Positions 26,861-40,600 of a stretch of DNA of 64,000 nt are shown piece after piece. The number at the start of each line of letters is the position of its first letter. Positions within the stretch are counted from its first letter, which is position 1. Below the pieces are notes generated by a model that was not told the DNA's origin, made no database searches, and saw only the letters and a program-made list of their open reading frames with translations. Position numbers and translations under genes: made by a program. Source of the DNA: Antedon mediterranea (taxonomy: Eukaryota; Animalia; Echinodermata); assembly GCF_964355755.1 (NCBI RefSeq), contig NC_092679.1, positions 13,995,432 through 14,059,431 of the forward strand, written 5' to 3'.

Positions 26861-28004
26861 AAACATAAATAGTATTGTAATGCTATACAATACTGTAAAA
26901 TTACGGTGGCTCACAACTGTCACGCACACTGAATAAATCATTTTCACACAATTAAAAAAGCAATCACACAATTATAGAAGAAATCACACAATTAAAGGAG
27001 GAATCGCATATAAACAAAAGAAAGCATGAATATATAAAACGAAATGCACAAATAAAGAAGAAACGTGCATTTAAAGAAGAGCTAAGCACAATTAAAGAAG
27101 TCCGCAATACATTCGAAAGCTCCTCGCACAATTAAAGAAGTTCGCAACAAAATCAAAAGCTCCTCGCACAATTAAAGAAGTCCGCAACAAATTCGAAAGT
27201 ACCTCGCACAATTAAAGAAGTTCGCAACAAGTTCGAAAGCTCCTCGCACAATTAAAGAAGTCCGCAACAAATTCGAAAGTACCTCGCACAATTAAAGTAC
27301 AGTAGTCCGTATGGAACGCCATCGCTGCCTCCAGCAGCAAACTTTAATTCTATTCGTCTCTATTACCATTACGTTCGGCTCTTTTAGCATGCGGCGCATT
27401 TCTATTCGGCCCATTTACCATTACGTTCGGCTCTTTCAGCATTCGGCGCATTTCTATTTGGCCCATTTACCATTACGTTCGGCTCTTTTAGCATTCGGCT
27501 CTTTTTTATTCGGCCCATTTACTATTACGTTCGGCTCTTTCAGCATTCGGCTCTTTTTTATTCGGCCCATTTACCATTACGTTCGGCTCTTTTTGATTCG
27601 GCCCTTTTTTATTCGGCTCTTTTTGCATTCACGTTGGGCTCTTTTTAAATCGGCATTTTTTTATATGTATGGCGCAATTCAAATCTAACCTTTGACATGG
27701 GGTCAAATGGAAGAAAATCAACGACTGGAAATGAGTCTATGAAAAGTTTACAAACATTTCATCATCATGGCGCCAACCATGAGTAGCCAACCGATTAAAG
27801 ATGTGTTGAATAACCTAAAATTAATTCATCTTTTAACAAATTTTGAGAGAGAAAGGGTAAATTATTATTATTAAATGTTAGGCTGTCACTAGGCTAGGCC
27901 TAGCTAGCCTAGGCCATAAATCAAACATTTTCTTTCTCAAAATGGTCAATAAGGTGGGACAATTGCAAGTTCTCTAACACATTAATCATGTCAATAAAAT
28001 GATT

Positions 28005-28172
28005 TGTTCTGAAGAACAACAAAAGAATAATGAGGGCGCTATTGTATAGGGTGTAAAAGGCCGTTTTGGCGGGTCATAGATAAAATAAAAATGTGTGAAA
28101 AATAAAAGATAATAAAAATAAGAAAGTTCTTGCGTATATGTATATATTATTTATGGGCCTTTCTTCAGTACA
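28005..28172 (+). repeat. 5' LTR
   Basis: TGTTCTGAAGAA...TTCTTCAGTACA; identical by eye to 34126-34293. Confidence 0.95.
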
Positions 28173-28178
28173 AGAAAA

Positions 28179-28196
28179 TGGTAGCAGAGCGAGGTT
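28179..28196 (+). promoter_or_regulatory. Primer-binding site complementary to initiator Met-tRNA
   Basis: TGGTAGCAGAGCGAGGTT, 6 nt after the LTR; matches the 3' end of metazoan tRNA-iMet. Confidence 0.8.
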
Positions 28197-28347
28197 AGAT
28201 AGACCAATTTAAACAAATTAAACTTTAAAGAACCAACATTTTTAGGCTGAAAGTTGTGAGCCTATAGTTAGTTGCAACGGAGCACGTGAGTAAAGTGCAT
28301 GCTTCTAGCTAGGGAGCGAACGTCACACATACACGTGAGTACAGTGC

Positions 28348-31300
28348 ATGCTTCTAAGCGAAAAGTCAAACAAAATGGAAGACATGGAGAAACGAAAAAA
28401 AGATATAAAAATACTACGAAGAAATAGAAAAGGACAGTTAACAAGGATTACAAACATAATAAATGTTTTGTGTCAGAAGGAGGAACTAGAGAGGGACATT
28501 GAGTTAATACAGAACTTATTAAAGAAAGCAAACGAGGTATTTGAAACAGTAGAGAGGGCTCACGAGGAGATTGTGGAAATGATAAATTTGGAAGATGAAG
28601 AACAATTTGAGGAAGCGGAGAAGTGGATGCAAGATTGCCAAAGGGATTTTCTAGAGGTGATACATGAGACTAAGAGGGTGCTGGAGCCGCCAGTCAGGGG
28701 AACAGTGACAGAAGAGACTGACAGAGTTATGGTAGAAGAGGACAGTGAAAACGTTGATCAGGGAGAGAAAGATGGTAATAATAAGGTTAACAGTAATGAT
28801 ATGGATGCTATGGCCGCATTCAAATTAGCCCTAGAACTTCCAAAAGCGGAAGTAATAGAATTCCATGGGGATCCGGGAAACTATTGGGCTTTTGTACAAA
28901 ATTTTGAGATAAATGTAGCAAGTAAGTTAACATCAGATAATGCAAAATTACAATACCTTCTACAGTTATGTAAAAATAAGGCAAAGGGAAGTATAGTAAG
29001 TTGTCCTCTATTAGGAGAAGAAGGTTATAAGCAGGCTTTAGAGATTCTTAAAAGGCAGTTTGGGCAGCCCCATCTAGTTTTAAACTCATTGATGCTTAAG
29101 TTAACCAACAGAAAAGAGATTAATGCAGGAAACCATGAAGAGTTATGGGGACTAGTCAGTGACATGAAAAAATGTCAACTAACACTAACAAAAATGGGGT
29201 ACACAAATGATTTAAACAGTACCTCCAACCTATTAAAAATTCAAGGGCTATTACCTAGATTTATGCAAGCTAAATGGGCTAATGCTGCACAATCAATACT
29301 TAGTGAAAGGGAACCAAGTTTCTTGGATATGTTAAAATTTGTAGAGAGTCAAGCTGCAGTAAACAGCAATATGTTTGGAAGAAATATTAGCACTACAGCT
29401 AATGAAAATAAGAGTAGTAAATTTCGAGTAGTAAACACAGATTTTAGAGGAAAAAAGGCTTACAGTCATAGTTGTACACCCACAGGGGAAAAGCCTAGTG
29501 AATCACCTTTGTTCACATGTGTATGTTGTAAGAAAAACCATAGGTTATGGGAATGTGTAAAATTCAGACAACTATCCATCAATGAGAGATGGAATATTGC
29601 TAGCCAAGAAAAATTGTGCTTTAAGTGTCTATGTAAACATAGGGCAGTTGATTGTAAACGGGTTATGTCCTGTGGTATAAATGGATGTAAGAGTGACCAT
29701 AATAGGTTGTTACATAGAGAAAAAGTAAAAAAGGAAAGTAATTTTGAAACTGTAGAGGTAGGAGTTGCCAGGGAAGGGGAGCGTAAAGTAACTAAAACAG
29801 AAACAGGGACAAACACTACATTGTTAAGTAAAAACCAATCTATTGCTTTGCGAACCATACCAATCATAGTTAGTAATGGAAAGAAAAGAATAGAGGTGAA
29901 TGCATTATTAGATGATGGTAGTACTCAGACATATGTTAATGAAGAGTTATGTGGAGAGTTGGGTCTCAGTGGAGTAACAGAAGAGATGGTTGTGAGTTTG
30001 TTAAGTGGTAAGGAGGAAAGATTTGTGACTAAGCCAGTTGAGATATTTGTATTACCGTTGGATGGATCTAAAAAATTTAAAGTGAATGCAGTGACTATAA
30101 GTGATGTTACTGGTAGACTAGAAGCGTCAGATTGGAGTAGTGTTAGTAAGGATTGGGATCATTTGAGAGACATAGAATTTCCTGTGATAAGTAGTCAGAG
30201 AAAAGAGATAGATTTACTGATTGGAGTGGATTGTCCAGAGTTGCATACAGCATTAGAAGAGAAATGTGGGGGGTCCCGGAGAACCTGTTGCGAGAAGAAC
30301 ACCGTTAGGTTGGACGTGTGTTGGTCCTTTGAGTAGAAGTTGGCGAACAACATCACTACATGTGAATACTTACAAAACCAGTAGTGAACGAAGTAATGAT
30401 GTGGATGAGTTGATGAGGAAGTTTTGGGAAGTAGATAGTTATGGAGTAAGTGATTTGAAAATATATAAAGCTGAAGATGAAAGAGTGATTCAAAAAGTGT
30501 CAGAGTCATTGACAGCTGTTGATGGGCGATACAGTGTGAATATTCCGTGGCGGGAAGAAGGATTAAATATGGATAACAATTATGAGATGGCCTTTAAGAG
30601 ATTAGAGTGTCTAGAAAGAAAATTAACTAGAGACAAGATGTTAGGCGATAATTATCAAAACGTTTTAGATAATTACAGATCCAAAGGCTATGTCAGAAAA
30701 ATAGACCAATCCCTAACAGAACTAAATCAATGGTTTCTACCACATTTCCCAGTAGTTAAACCCGATAAGGAAACAACGAAAGTTAGGTTGGTGTTTGACG
30801 CCGCGGCGCGTTATGGGGGAAGATGTTTGAATGATATGATCTATCCAGGGCCTAAATTGCAGAACGATTTATTCGATGTGTTATTAAGATTTAGAAAGGA
30901 AAAGGTAGCGATTATTTGCGATATTGCAGAAATGTATCTCCAGATTGGAGTGCAACCAGAAGATAGGAAAATGCTTAGGTTTTTGTGGCGAGATTTGGAC
31001 ACAGAGCGGATGCCAGAAATTTATGAGTTCAATCGACTAGTGTTTGGTCTTAATGTTGCACCATTCTTAGCTCAATTTGTAACTCAGGAACATGCACGAA
31101 AAAGTTCTAAAGAGTATCCTCTAGCAGCACGGGCTGTTTTAGACTCTACCTACATGGATGATACCATGACCTCGGTTAAAAATGAGCAAGAGGCAGTAGA
31201 GTTATATAGAGAGCTTAAAGAATTATAAGGAAGCGCGGGTATGAGTGCTAGAAAATGGGTTTCAAATTCAAAAGCGGTACTGGAAAAAATACCAGAAGTA

Positions 31301-33727
31301 GATAGAGCGAAAGAAATCAAATTAAGTGGGAACGAGTTACCTTCTGCAAAAACCTTAGGTTTAATATGGAAAGCCGATGAAGATACATTTAAGTTTCAAG
31401 GAGGTTCTGGTCCTTCTAATGCCTGTAAGTTAACCAAGAGATTAGCTTTGAGTAGAATCGCTTCTATATTTGATCCACTAGGGATTTTGGCTCCTGTAGT
31501 AGTTGCAGGCAAGATAATTATGCAGGAGATTTGGGCAAATGGATTAGACTGGGATGAAGAGTTGCCCCCTGATGTAGGTCAGAAATTAGAACGATGGATA
31601 GCAAATTTGGGCGAATTAAAAGATATAGAAATAGAAAGGTGTATAAACCCAGGTGAGCGCGAGAATCAAGAGTTGCATACATTTGTTGACGCGTCAAATG
31701 ATGCTTATGCGGCGGTTGTGTATTCAGTGTCACAGAATGATAAAGATGTTAAAAAAAGAAATGTAAGATTAGTCGCATCCAAAACGAAAGTAGCTCCTCT
31801 TAAATCCATGAGTATCCCGAGACTTGAGTTGATGGCAGCTATGTTAGGTTTAAAGCTTGCGAAATCTGTTGTAAATCCGTTGTCAACTAAAGGAAGTGAA
31901 ATTTTGGGGTGACAGTATGAATGTATTGTGGTGGATTCGAGGTCATAGTAGAGATTTTAAGCCGTTCGCTGCGAATCGAATTGGTGAAATACAAGGTCAA
32001 ACAAACCCTAGTCAATGGAGATATATACCCACTAAATGAAACCCTGCGGATGTGGCTTCGCGAGGATGTACTGTTATAGAGTTGCAGCAGAATGAACTTT
32101 GGTGGCGAGGTCCTGAATTCTTGAGTGATTGTGAGATGCAATGGCCAGAAAATAAGATTGAGAAAGCGATAGATAAAATAGAGATTAAGAAAAGAACGAA
32201 AACGTTATTGAGTAAAGTGGTACCAAGAGTGAAAAGTGATAACTGGAGATTAAACCCAATAAGGTACTCTAGCTGGAATAAGTTAGTGTGTGTATTTGCG
32301 TATGTGATGCGTTTTATAAATAACTGTAGGTTAAAAGACAAAGTCAGAGGACCATTAAATGTAGATGAGGTTAAGGACTCGGAAATTGCCATAATTCAAA
32401 AGGCACAGGGTGATGAGTTCTCAGACGAAATTAAGAGATTAAGTAAGGGTGAAATACTAAGTACAAAGAGTAATATAAGTGGATTGAATCCTCGAATGGA
32501 TGCCGATTATTTGCTTAAAGCAAATGGACGTTTAAGTCTAAATGAGGCGATATCATATGATGTAAGATATCCCATTATATTACCAAGGAAACATCACGTC
32601 ACTAAATTAATTGTAAAAATGTATCATGAGTTAGGAAATCATGTAATAGGTACAAATCATACACTGTCATTATTATCTGAGAAGTACTGGGTACAAGCGG
32701 CTAGAGAAGAAATAAGAGAATGTGAAAAAAATTGTATGGGATGTAGGCGTAGATTAGCTAAACAAGGGGAGCAAATAATGGCTCCATTACCTAAGAATAG
32801 AACTAGAAATGAAAGTTTAAAGGCGTTTACTAGAGTCGCAGTAGACTATGCAGGTCCCTTCCTTACTAAACAGGGTAGAAGAAAGGTACAAACAAAACGT
32901 TATTTGTGTTTGTTCACATGTTTATCCTCTAGAGCCGTGCACTTGGAAATGGCGTACGGTTTAGACACAGATACGTTTCTAAATGCTTTTCATAGATTTG
33001 TCAGTAGAAGGGGTAAACCCGAGGAAATAATGTCTGATAACGGGAGAAATTTTGTAGGAGCTGATAGAGAATTAAAGGGAGTGTTAAAATCCTTAGATAA
33101 AGATAAAATTCAAAGTGTGACAGTGGTCACTGGTATAAAGTGGAGTTTTATTCTACCTATGACCCCACATTTTGGTGGAGTACATGAAAGTCTTATAAAA
33201 TCTGCTAACAGGGCTATATATGGAGTATTAAGAAATGCCGATATAACGGATGAAGAGTTACATTCTGCATTTGTAGGAGCAGAGGGTATATTAAACTCAC
33301 GTCCATTAACATATCAATCTGCCTCAGTAAAGGATATAATTCCATTAACTCCAAACCATTTTTTACATGGTCAAATGGGAGGTAATCTAGCTCCAGAGAG
33401 CATATTAGACACAACAGTTGTTAATCCTAGGAAACGATGGAGACGTGTCCAAGAATTAATGCGACACTTTTGGAATAGGTGGTTAAGGGAGTGGTTACCA
33501 GCATTGAACCAACGAAAAAAGTGGAGGGAACCCAAGAGGGATCTTAGGTTGATGAAGTGGTATTAGTAGTTCAGAAAGGTACGGTACGTGGTCAATGGCC
33601 ATTGGGTAGGATAAGAGAAATATATAAAGGACCAGACGGTCATGTAAGGGTAGTTAAGGTGAAAACTAACAATGGAGATGTAATTCGAGGTATTACAAAA
33701 ATTTGTCCACTAGAGATACTCGATTAA
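28348..33727 (+). pseudogene. BEL/Pao gag-pol polyprotein with ~5 disablements (shifts ~30270, ~31900, ~32040, ~33550; stop 31226-31228)
   Basis: Three Cys/His knuckles, LLDDGS protease, YMDD RT, LHTFVDAS RNase H, integrase HHCC + VDYAGP/SDNG/GGVHE. Confidence 0.93.
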
Positions 33728-34111
33728 AAGAATGTTAAATATCAAGATACAGAAAGGTGTTATATTAAGAAGCACACATGTTTAAGTTTTAGTGTTAATA
33801 AGTTTAGAGTTGAATTATGTTAAAGTGAACAGTGTAGAAATTGATCATATAATTTTTATACATTTTTGGATAATGTTCAAATAAGGATAGTGATGTTAAA
33901 TGAGTTATCAACAAGTTCAATGTAAATATTAATATCAGTAAAAATAGTTTTTAATTTAGAAATGATGTTATATAATTATAGTGAATATGAGTGATAGGTT
34001 TTTTGTTGATAATGATGTTTCATGATATTTATTATTATGTTAAAAAAAAAAAAAAAAAAAAAAAAAGTTATTTGAGATTGTAATAAAGGGATCGACAAAC
34101 AACTGTATGTC

Positions 34112-34293
34112 GAGGAAGGGGAGAATGTTCTGAAGAACAACAAAAGAATAATGAGGGCGCTATTGTATAGGGTGTAAAAGGCCGTTTTGGCGGGTCATAG
34201 ATAAAATAAAAATGTGTGAAAAATAAAAGATAATAAAAATAAGAAAGTTCTTGCGTATATGTATATATTATTTATGGGCCTTTCTTCAGTACA
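34112..34293 (+). repeat. Polypurine tract (34112-34125) + 3' LTR (34126-34293)
   Basis: GAGGAAGGGGAGAA immediately before TGTTCTG. Confidence 0.93.
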
Positions 34294-34978
34294 GATTAGT
34301 CATACTGAAATAGCCTTCAAATTCATTTAATTCAACCAACCAAACAACTCTACATGCTGCATCTATATGTTTTGTAAACTTTTCATATACTCATTTCCAG
34401 CCGTTGATTTTCTTCCATTTGACCCCATGTAAAAGTTAGAATTTAATTGCGCCGTATAAAAAAGGGCCAAATCAAAAAGAGCCGAATGCTGAAAGAGCCG
34501 AACGTAATGGTAAATGGGCCAAATAGAAATGCGCCGAATGCTGAAAGAGCCGAACGTAATGGTAAATGGGCTGAATAGAAATGCGCCGAATGCTAAAAGA
34601 GCCGAATAGAATAATATTAAAGTTTTCTGCCGGAGGCAGCAGCGATGGCGTTCCATACAGACTACTGTACTTTAATTGTGCGAGTTACTTTCGAATTTGT
34701 TGCGGACTTCTTTAATTGTGCGAGGAGCTTTCGAATTTGTTGCGGACTTCTTTAATTGTGCGAGGAGCTTTAAAAATTGTTGCGGACTTCTTTAATTGTG
34801 CTTAGCTCTTCTTTAATTGCGCGTTTCTTCTTTATTTGTGCATTTCGTTTTATATTTTCATGCTTTCTTTTGTTTATATGTGATTCTTTCTTTAATTGTG
34901 TAATTCCTTCTTTAATTGTGTGATTCTGTGTTATAGTGTGCGTGACAGTTGTGGGCCACCGTAGTAAATAGGTATTAA

Positions 34979-35390
34979 CAAAGAACTTATAACACAAGAA
35001 TCTCCTGTTCTTCAATTTGCATTCAAAACACAGTATCGGAGGTACAAGGTAAAAAGGTCAAACTGGGCGACGCCATTTCACAGCATGGAGCAGCGCCCCC
35101 TCCAAACTAGGAAGTCAATTACTCTACCCCTCTAGAGTATTAGCAGATTCCCTCTATGATTTTGACTTTCTAATTTGATGCGGGCGCCCTACTCCTCAGT
35201 CAATTAATCTATCCCCCCTAGAGTATTATCGGATCTCCTCTATGATTTTGACTTTCTAATTTGATGCGGGCACCCTACTCCATGGCTCACAATGGCGCCA
35301 TTCATTAGCTCTATTCTATCCCACAATGCCTTTCGAAATTGTTACGCGCTTCGGGGACGAACAGGAGATTCTTGTGTTATAAGTTCTTTG
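34979..35390. mobile_element. P-element-like MITE, ~32-bp TIR, 7-bp TSD GTATTAA
   Basis: CAAAGAACTTATAACACAAGAATCTCCTGTTC and its reverse complement; two internal ~80-bp repeats. Confidence 0.85.
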
Positions 35391-36129
35391 GTATTAACTA
35401 CTTTTGATCGCCATTTGAATCGCAAATTTCTTATTGTGTGTCTTGATACTGTTAGATATAATATAAACAAATATACTAATAAACTTGATTACTGTGCGTG
35501 TGGGTAGTCCCTACTTTTAGATTATAAACATATAATAAGATAATACTTTATTACTGACAGTTGTTTCTCAACGTTTGTAGACTACCTAGTTAAGCTTAGC
35601 CTAACTGGTACTGCTCTGTAGGCGCCCAGTGCACGAGGGTACTGTGAAGTGTAATCAGCCTAGCCTAGTAGGCTTGGTCTAGTCCTGATGACTTTTACAT
35701 TGCTTAGCCTAGATTTCCGCATGAATACATTGTTTTTATTGTTATTCATTATTATTGTATTCCTAAATGGGATCAGGTGTCGTTTTCGGCCACCTCGACT
35801 TGTATGGACTATTCCGTTATAAAAAGATGGAAAAATAGGGGTGTCCAATTTATTCATTTAGTGTGCTGATTTGTTAACATACTGCTGCTTTTGTTCTTTT
35901 GTTTAGTGCATTATGTCTCAGCAACAAAGGGAAAACAACTACGCCCTGCATGCTGCAGAATTTATTGCAGTTTTTCAAGTTAATAGGCATGCTGCAGAAT
36001 TTATTGCAGTTTTTAAGTTAATACAGTATAAAATATATTATATATCAATTATGGCTCCTCTTTCTATATCATTTTTAAGGTATTTCTTCCCTAATACGGA
36101 TATTAGGTGGATAATTTTTAAACTGATTT

Positions 36130-36540
36130 ATTGTTTCTGTATCTACAATCGTTTTATTTATTTACATTTAACATTAAATGTATCAGGTGACCAAAACAAA
36201 AATACATATCATTATGTCAATAAATGTTTCTGTATCTGCAATCGTTTCATTTATTTACATTTAACAAGTAGGCCTAGTCGTACTGTACTATAGTACAGTA
36301 AACAAGGTGATCATTAAAACAAAAATACATATTATTATGTCAATGAATCTATTACCATTTTGTTTCTGTATCTACGATCGTTTCATTTATTTACATTTAA
36401 GTAGGCCTAGTCGTAATGTACTATAGTACTATAGTACAGTAATCGAGGTGATCATTAAAACAAAAATACATAGTATGTCAATGAATCTGTTCCTATGTTG
36501 TTTCTGTATCTACAATCGTGTTTATTTACATTTAACAGTA
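36130..36540. repeat. Degenerate tandem repeat, ~95-140-bp unit, about 4 copies
   Basis: TGTTTCTGTATCTACAATCG...TTTACATTTAA recurs at ~36131, 36226, 36361, 36500. Confidence 0.7.
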
Positions 36541-38105
36541 AATGTAAAACCACATACGATTTTTTTCTTGTGTTAAAGGGAGATAAGAAATTATTATTAT
36601 TATTATTATTATTATTACTGTAAAAGGCTCCGGCCTCCCTAACTTGTTTTAATTAATTAATTACAAATGTTAGCATTTATTATTTGCTTTATTAATAGTA
36701 GCAAGGAGAGCACTCCTCTTCCTGCCAGTCACCCAGACCAAAGAGAGAGATGTCTCCTTGGATACAGCTGTCTAGGCTTGGGTGTCCAGCAGGGTTCCCA
36801 TCCCCCATGGGCTATTCCATTATCAAAAAATCAAAACGAAATCACTGAACCATAACATGTTTCCCGTGATGACTATACTTTGGCCCCCAAGTATTGTCAT
36901 CTGACACACTGTCGCAAGATAAAAGTATACTGATTATTAGATACCCGATTGTTGGTTGAAATAGCATTGGGATGCCACTCCCCGTCCGTTAAGACATTCT
37001 GCAATGGACTCCTAACCATCATGTCATGCCAACTGTTAAAGTGAAAATAATAAATACGGAGCCAGTACGGTCCCTCCCAATAGCAGAAGTATGAGGAATT
37101 TCCAATGCGAGTCCACCCATCATGGCCCTTGTTACCATGACACTCACCCGATCAGTAAAGTTCTGATCGCACCTCATGACCACTGCTAAAGGTTAAAAAA
37201 ACTATTTTCACACACCTCATTGTTCACATACATAGACTTAAAGTGAAAGGAAATAACCAGAATTCAGTTATTATCAGGACTGTTGTTTAGGCCTATTGGC
37301 TTCTTTGGTAATACAAGAAATCAAAATAATTATATAATTTTCCTTGTATTTAAGAAGGCTAAAACCATACATTGGTGATTTATTTATTGAGTGTATTTAA
37401 TTATTCCATATCATTTAATACTGTATAAACAACTTTTAAGTTAGATTTTTCAGTCTTTTTATTGCATTTTAATCTTGTCCGTAATATTGAAAGTTGAGCT
37501 AATAAAAGTAGGTTGTCCCACAAAAGAACAAATTATGATTATGAATTTTTAAAATTAATATTTAATACTTTTACTTTTTTGAAATAAAAAAAAAAATGTA
37601 ACAATTGTTTTTGTATCTAGTAATGTATGTACAGTATACTACAGTTGTGGCAGATCGTAGTAAAATTCCCCTTGCAATGAAATAACTTTGTAAATTGTAG
37701 GCCTAAAGCACACAAAATAGAAAGAGCGGGTCCGAACAGGGGAAAGAACATCCCCCTGCCCCATAAATTTAAAAAAAAAAATTTAAAAGACAGTTTTGGA
37801 CAATATATTTGGCAATTATTACAATTCATCTCCAAAAAATGCTTCTCTGGCACATAAATAGACTTGCCCCAAGTCTGTATTGTTTTATTTGTTTTTATTT
37901 CGGCCGCGATTTTTGTCTGGAGTATCCAAACTCAAGTAATACACGTATGAAACGCCATATGTGCAAAAATATTTATATTTTTACTAATATTAAGAAAAAA
38001 CTCCGTCTGGAGCCCAGACTAGCACATAAACTGTGCCATCATCCCAGCCTAGGCCAAACGCGGCCGACCTTGGGCGTGAAGTGGATAGCATCGCGCTCCG
38101 CCCCG

Positions 38106-40293
38106 CAGTGGCGTAACAGGCGGGGGGGGGGCAGGGGGCGGAATACCCCCCTGGCGGATTTTACCGGGTTGAGAAGCGTTCGATCGGGCTGGGTAACAAG
38201 TCAACAAAATAAAATAAAATACAAAGAAGGGATAGAAGAAAGAAAAAGAAAGAAAATATAAGATAAGAATAAAATATACGATATATGATATGGCTTCAAA
38301 TGAGTCAAATGAGTCACAGTACAGTATGATATTTAAGTAAGATGATATGAAATACACAAAATCCTGACTGACAACTCGTGGGAAGACGCACTGCTTATCA
38401 GTACATTAACATGCGGTCAGTTGACTGTGGTTTTTGGCGTCTTTTATCTAAGCCGCCATCGCGGGCATCTCATACACAATTGTGACGCTGTGCTGTGCGT
38501 GTGAGGCCACCTTAAAAAAATACACTCCTACTAATCGTATGTAACGCGCTAGCGATCAGCAAAACGAACGTACTTTCGTGGCTGGCTGTCACTCCAATAC
38601 TCAATCTTTCACAGGCCCGTAACCAGGGGGAGATCGGGGGATCGTACTGAACAGCGAGTTCCGCTTGGCCTCCCACTTTTTTTTTGCTGGGCATACTAAC
38701 ACAACACTACGATTGTTTACTACAGGTCTAGTCTTAATAAATTAAATTAATATAAATCGACATAAGAATATAAAGTATATTTTAACTAAAATATAAAAAC
38801 CTAACACTAAATTTACAAGATAAATTCTATTTGATAACTGCTGAACATCGTGGTTCTGGAGCTAGCCGTACACAGAGCATAGTTGTTTGCTTGACATAAA
38901 AGGGTATTCCCCTATACAGGTCTCTGCGTGCGTGTGACGTGCCCAGCCAGCTGCTTGATATAGTATAGAGAGAAAGCAGGGTGTCACGAAAGCTCAGACC
39001 ACGAAAGCTCAGACCCCCTAAGACCTAAGATCACGAAAGCTAAGACCCAACACCTAAGATTACAAATATTTATCTTTCGCACCTGCCTTGTATTTTAACT
39101 CTCAACATTTATTCTGAATACCACACCTTAGAATTGGCACTTTCATGAAAAAGAATCACATAAAAAGTAACAAATACATTTTTAAATTGATGATTTTACA
39201 GACGTTTTTCTCGCACACAAAATGACTAGCCTACAGTACAGTTCAGTAGGCCTACCCCATGGGCCATGTTCAATGTTTTTGTTTCTATGGAACGTCAAAA
39301 GAGCAAAAATTATATAGAGGGCTGAAAACTCTGTGGAGTCCATCTACAGTGTGGATGGAACAATGTAAAATTAAAATTGTAATGATAATAGTATAATCAT
39401 GCAAGTACGAAGAAATAAATACTGGCAAATAAATTTTATTTTAAAAATCATGATAAATTTTTTTGTTTCGTTTTCTTTCTGTTTTTATACTTGTACTATT
39501 ATTGTTGCTCTTTTGGCGCTCCATAGAAACAAAAACATTGAGACTGGGGAGCTCGAGGAGTTACATTACAGTATACAAAGAAACACAACTGTAAAATCAT
39601 CAATTTAAAGGATTTATTTATTTGTTATTATGTGTTTCTCCTTCTGAAAGTACTTATAAGTCCGAATTTTAAAGTGTGGTGTTCAGGATAAAGTTAGTCA
39701 ACAAATTTGGAGTCAAAATACAGGAAAGGCAGGTGCGTAAGAAAAACATCCTCTGAACCAACACAATGGAGTAAATATATACCAACAAACAACCCGTCAA
39801 GTTTGTTTTTTGTAAAGAAAAAATATACATTTACTCAACGGGCGAAAATAATGTGAGTTTATCTATGTTTTGCGGTAGTATTAAATTATATTTATGGTAA
39901 TAAATGAAACCTACTGTGTTTAAAATTATGTATGGATAAACAAGTATTGTTTTTAAGCTGTAGTATATCTTAGTATTTGTAATCTTAGGTGTTGGGTCTT
40001 AGCTTTCGTGATCTTAGGTCTTAGGGGGTCTTAGCTTTCGTGGTCTTAGGTTTCGTGACACCTCATGTTCAAATGTTATGTTACCTGAGTTTTTAACGGT
40101 GAAAAATGTACGATCATTTTGCTTATGGGAGTGTTATTTCCATTTATCATGAATTTTATGTGCGAGAGTACCATTTCCGACGATCTAAGGTGTCATTTAC
40201 CAAAATTCGCTTCGCCATAGCCCCCCGTGTCTGGAAGGATTTTCCCCTCTTCCCCCCCCCCCCCCCTGACAAGACCCCCTTGTTACGCGGCTG
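38106..40293. mobile_element. hAT-like non-autonomous element, imperfect 8-bp TSD
   Basis: CAGTGGCGTAACAGG ... CCTTGTTACGCGGCTG; flanks CCGCCCCG / GCGCCCCG. Confidence 0.5.
38980..40062. mobile_element. MULE-like palindromic MITE (~90-bp TIR plus further internal inverted segments)
   Basis: GGTGTCACGAAAGCT... / ...TTTCGTGACACC; no TSD seen. Confidence 0.75.
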
Positions 40294-40600
40294 GCGCCCC
40301 GCGATACTATTTATAACTATGCCTCAATCGACTGCCTACAAAATTCGTCCTCCATACAGTCAGTGTTTATTCTGTAGCCGTTTGAGGTTGGACAGTGATA
40401 TACGCATATGTAAGTGTAATATCAAATGGAGTAAATTTATATAATCGAATGTTATAATAGATGTTCTTTCATTTTGACGCAAAAGATAAAATAAAGTCGT
40501 ACTGTTTATCGCCTAGATGTAAATCCTATTTGTTTACATTGATTTAGGTGGCGTGCCGCATTGCCTATTGGGTAATCCGCTTGCCGGAATGGCTGCCCAT

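Larger units (their letters stand above)
28005..34293 (+). mobile_element. Full-length BEL/Pao LTR retrotransposon, 168-bp LTRs, TSD GATT
   Basis: TG...CA LTRs, PBS, PPT, gag-PR-RT-RH-IN order; GATT at 28001-28004 and 34294-34297. Confidence 0.95.
26904..34961. mobile_element. Foldback DNA element, TA TSD (Tc1/mariner-like ends), long modular inverted arms, with the BEL/Pao element in its loop
   Basis: TA|CGGTGGCTCACAACTGTCACGCACAC ... GTGTGCGTGACAGTTGTGGGCCACCG|TA; arms ~26904-27760 and ~34365-34961 with 40-bp and 52-bp tandem repeats. Confidence 0.85.

Noticed and set aside
27086-27640. CRISPR-like regular repeats (40-bp and 52-bp units)
   Set aside because: Head-to-tail repeats without unique spacers, no cas genes, eukaryotic context; they are arms of a foldback element.
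27311-27688. ORF 27311..27688 and its mirror 34363..34656
   Set aside because: Translations of the 52-bp repeat in the inverted arms; no protein motif.
28028-28042. GAGGGCGCTA as a CTCF-like site (also ~1750)
   Set aside because: Only a partial motif match; not distinguishable from chance without binding data.
29466-33414. Antisense ORFs within BEL (and similarly 40924..41487, 13771..14100, 54196..54558)
   Set aside because: Shadows of the sense coding frames; no independent motifs.
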